Below, piece by piece: positions 10,274-13,409 of a stretch of 13,409 nt of DNA. Where the stretch lies: assembly GCA_043228905.1 (NCBI GenBank), contig JBHGNT010000954.1, forward strand, positions 1-13,409, in the 5' to 3' direction. The position numbers and the translations under genes are program-made. Source of the stretch: Azolla caroliniana. Lineage: Eukaryota; Plantae; Polypodiophyta. Position 1 is the stretch's first letter. Every line of letters starts with the position of its first letter. The notes below the pieces were generated by a model. It was not told the DNA's origin, did not search any database, and saw only the letters and a program-made list of their open reading frames with translations.

Positions 10274-13200
10274 GTATGAATCCGCCCTTACTTCTTCTTC
10301 TTCTTCTTCTTCTTCTCTGTGTACGTCGTTTTTCTGTAAGCCGCAATGAAAACGCAAATTTTGCATGTGGTAAACAAATCCAACTTTTTCATATTTGTGT
10401 TCATGCTTTCTCTCAATTCTCTTCTTTACATATCAGCCTTGATGAAAACTTAAATTTTGCACATTGGTCAGCAAATCCAGATAAAACACAAAGAATGTCG
10501 GAAAAAAAGAATTGAAGTTCTTGGTCAATCATTGCAATGATCAAATGAAAATTTCTTTGGTTTGTTTTCTGTGCAGGCTTTAGCTGAAGAAGGAAAGGTC
10601 CGATATGACAATAGGGTTGTCTTCAAGGTGGTTGATCTGGTAAGTCATTGGTAGTTGTATTATTGTGAGCAAAAGTTTGACACTGAATTTGTTTCACTAA
10701 CCACGTTCAGAAGGTGGTTGATCTTGTAAGCCTGCTATTTGCGTTATTTGTAACAAGATATCAACACTGAATTCATTGCACCAGTTACTATCTGAGACCA
10801 GCTATCGTTATGCTTATTGTTAACCTATCTAAGATCAGCTAGTGTTGTTAGCTAAACTTGTTATTGTAAGAATAACATTAGAAGCATCCTCATTTACGTG
10901 GACAACCAATTCATAAGAGTGAGTCAGCAATATGGAAGCTAGACGCTCAATGGTTTTGAGTATGCCTGAATATGGTGTTTCAAGCATATTTACACTAATA
11001 ATTGGCTTTCTATGCATATGAAGGATGAATACGGATTGGAGGATGACGAATATGAGGCTAAATTTAAGAAGGAATCCCTTGCTCTCTTCATGCTTGCCAC
11101 GTAAGTCTGTAATACATACATATCTTGCTGTCTGGAAATGATAGCTTTATGCATATGCTATGGAAATGAATTGCAGTTTCTTTGTGCAGCTATGGAGATG
11201 GTGAGCCAACTGATAATGCAGCAAGGTTTTATAAGTGGTTTGTCGAGGTATGCTGTTCATGTCTAACCTAGTTTCATTTGATCCATATTTTCTGGCATTC
11301 TATTCACGCGAAGTGATTCCTGATTTTGATACAGGGTACAGAAGCGCGGGAGAATTGGTTGTCAAACCTGAGCTATGCTGTATTTGGTCTTGGGAATAGA
11401 CAATATGAACACTTCAATGAGGTAATATCAGATGCCTCCTTTATTTTATAAATTACAGTGCAAGTAAGAAATGGCGCAACATAAAAGAGAATTAGCCTCC
11501 TAATAATCCGAAAGAAAAGAGTACAAGGCTATGAGAAACCTGCAAGATGTTGAGAAGGCTTGTGTGTAGGTCGTGGGAAATGGGCTCAAATGAACAGAGA
11601 AAAGGGAAAAATTAGGTGGGTGAAAGCTGGTTATATAGGCTGTGGCTTACTCTGCATTCATGTCGATTCCCCAATCAATAAGCTGGATACTTCCCAGTTT
11701 GCACCATCTGTGATGGAGTCTTTTGCTACTTGCAGCAACATATTATAGTGTAAACAAACAAACTGAGAATGCTATAAACAGGAAGAAGTGCTACAATGAA
11801 TTAACATAGTCATGAATTAGCACTATGTGGCAAACCTGCACCTGCAGCAGACAGACACAGTCACTTTAACAACCGCAAAGACAACTTGAGCTCTGAGTAT
11901 GTTGAGAGCTGTACCAGATAATAGGTTGATGACGTATATAAGAATATCCAGAGCCTACAGCTGATTGATTTTCTGATATCCTCGGGAGGGATTAATAAAC
12001 AAATCCTACATGGGTGTCATGTGGACAGTAGCTACAAAATCAACAATCCAGTCTGTAGACTATCAGGATATACTGTGTGTGTTTCGTAGAAGTAACCAAT
12101 AGTAAAAAATTATTGAATGGCCGGTGCCACTGAATTGTAAGCCTCCATAAATGCCCTCCCCTCCTCCCCTTCCCCCCCCAAAAAAAAAACAAAAAAGGAG
12201 AAAAAAGTGAGGGCAGTTAATTGGGTAAGTCCCAACTGAACTTTATAATTAACTATGCTAGATGTAAAATTGTAGTAAATATCTGGAAATAGAGGCTATT
12301 GTAGAATGTTGAGTGGCCACAATTTCGCATATAATGTTTTATCTTCTTAATTATCTGTGAATAATTCATCTCTATTATTTAACTTGTAGGTTGCCAGAAA
12401 GGTTGATGAGGCTTTCAAAGAACAAGGTCATTTTATGTGCCATCTGAAATTTTGCAGTGTGTACACCTTTTCATATCTGCTGTTAACAATGGTTGACATT
12501 ACACAGGTGCCAATCAGTTAGTTCCATGTGGACTTGGGGATGATGATCAATGCATAGAAGATGATTTTGCTGCTTGGTATGTAATTTGGTCATAACACTC
12601 TATATTTTTAATATCTAAAAAAAAGGCAATTCTGTTCTCAAATTATGAGCCCTTGATATCTCTGGGTCCTCTGACTGATGTTTTTAGCAATGCATATTGA
12701 GATTAAGTCTAATCCCATGTTTAAATTTGAGGGTAAAATAATGGAGCTATAAGTCACTCCTTTTTCGATGGATTACTAGATTTAGCTGTTTTTGTAACTT
12801 TGAATTTTCTAAAACTAGGTGATGTTTTACTCTTTAAACTGGTTTTATAATGTATGCTACTAATTCCGCTCTCTAGCAATTCATATTTGTCAACATTGAT
12901 ATATAAGCAACCGATAAATAGCACTGCCTTATATTTCCCAGTATATGATGTCTTGTTTATGTTAGGTCCTAGTACTTTTTGTTGTGTAATGTATGTCCTA
13001 TTTCGTTTTTATCACTTTCATATCTTTATCTCATTTTGTGATGTTCTTTACTAGTCATTTAACGTATAGAAACATTATTTATGTTCTTTGCCTGTCTGGT
13101 TTGTCGATATACCTGAAAACTATATGGATGGATACATTAAGTTCTAATCCTTTTGTACTCACTATTGCAGGCGGGAGCAACTGTGGGCTACTTTGGATCC

Positions 13201-13368
13201 TTTATTAATTAGTGAGAATGATGCAGCTCCAGCTGTTACCACACCTTATACTGCAGCAATCCTAGAGTATCGTGTTGTCATTCATGACAAGGATGTAAAA
13301 GTACATGAAGAAGCCTATGAAGCCAAGATGAATGGGCACGCTGTTCATGATGCTACTCACCCGTGCAA
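10019..13368 (+). CDS. CPR: NADPH-cytochrome P450 reductase (plant CPR/ATR family), 3'-partial. Exons: 10019-10273, 10577-10639, 11024-11100, 11190-11247, 11335-11421, 12390-12426, 12507-12576, 13171-13368
   Basis: Manual splicing at GT..AG boundaries gives 845 nt with no stop codon. The product has a hydrophobic N-terminal anchor and the CPR FMN-domain motifs [47 protein letters not shown] and [13 protein letters not shown], then [13 protein letters not shown] and HPC. Confidence 0.97.
10291..10314. repeat. (CTT)8 microsatellite in CPR intron 1
   Basis: Perfect trinucleotide repeat 17 nt into the intron. Confidence 0.97.
10577..10639 (+). CDS. CPR: CPR coding exon 2 ([21 protein letters not shown])
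   Basis: Acceptor ttttctgtgcag; donor CTG|GTAAGT; matches the plant CPR pattern ALAEE..ARY....FKVVDL. Confidence 0.95.
10625..10790 (+). repeat. Tandem duplication (offset 86 nt) of the exon 2 3' end and the start of intron 2
   Basis: aaggtggttgatctggtaag...acactgaatt at 10625 recurs as aaggtggttgatcttgtaag...acactgaatt at 10711. Confidence 0.9.
11024..11100 (+). CDS. CPR: CPR coding exon 3 ([26 protein letters not shown] split)
   Basis: Matches the DDYAADDDEYEEKLKKE..AFF.LAT pattern; uses the less common AAG acceptor; donor AC|GTAAGT. Confidence 0.92.
11190..11247 (+). CDS. CPR: CPR coding exon 4 ([19 protein letters not shown])
   Basis: Acceptor tttgtgcag; donor GAG|GTATGC; conserved FMN-binding motif. 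Confidence 0.96.
11335..11421 (+). CDS. CPR: CPR coding exon 5 ([29 protein letters not shown])
   Basis: Acceptor gatacag; donor GAG|GTAATA; conserved [12 protein letters not shown] motif. Confidence 0.95.
12390..12426 (+). CDS. CPR: CPR coding exon 6 ([13 protein letters not shown] split)
   Basis: Acceptor aacttgtag; donor AAG|GTCATT; 37 nt; phase fits the neighbouring exons. Confidence 0.93.
12507..12576 (+). CDS. CPR: CPR coding exon 7 ([23 protein letters not shown] split)
   Basis: Acceptor acacag; donor TG|GTATGT; acidic [11 protein letters not shown] cluster. Confidence 0.96.
13171..13368 (+). CDS. CPR: CPR coding exon 8 ([12 protein letters not shown]...[13 protein letters not shown]...HDATHPC, next codon split)
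   Basis: Acceptor actattgcag; donor AA|GTATGT at 13369; overlaps the supplied ORF 13193..13393. Confidence 0.95.
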
Positions 13369-13409
13369 GTATGTGACTTTCTTCTCAGGCTGACTTCTCT
13401 GTGAAATGC

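Noticed and set aside
9985-10515. ORFs 9985..10191 and 10276..10515 overlapping CPR exon 1 and intron 1
   Set aside because: One is an alternative frame of exon 1 starting at a non-ATG codon. The other is intronic, and its poly-Leu comes from (CTT)8.
1-13409. CRISPR arrays, tRNA/rRNA genes, prokaryotic operons or intact transposons
   Set aside because: I saw no repeat-spacer pattern, structural RNA signature, long ORF or paired LTRs. The sequence is intron-containing plant DNA.

Overview
Eukaryotic land-plant genomic DNA; the lineage cannot be fixed from sequence alone, though the long CT/GA tracts and decayed retroelements would fit a large-genome plant such as a fern. Bases ~1-8400 are AT-rich intergenic sequence with decayed retrotransposon relics, including a LINE/L1-type RT fragment and an adjacent Ty3/Gypsy-type RT fragment (both minus strand), plus a (TC)40 microsatellite and small tandem duplications. 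Bases ~8450-9200 form a GC-rich promoter-like island with G-boxes, an inverted CCAAT box, MYB cores, a compact G-quadruplex motif and opposed GA/CT tracts. From 10019 the + strand carries the first eight coding exons (281 complete codons) of an NADPH-cytochrome P450 reductase (CPR): membrane anchor, whole FMN domain and start of the connecting domain, running off the right edge. I found no clearly new biological system. The best leads are a duplicated exon end that forms a possible 15-nt microexon, splice-like signals on the antisense strand of intron 5, and the promoter/leader architecture.
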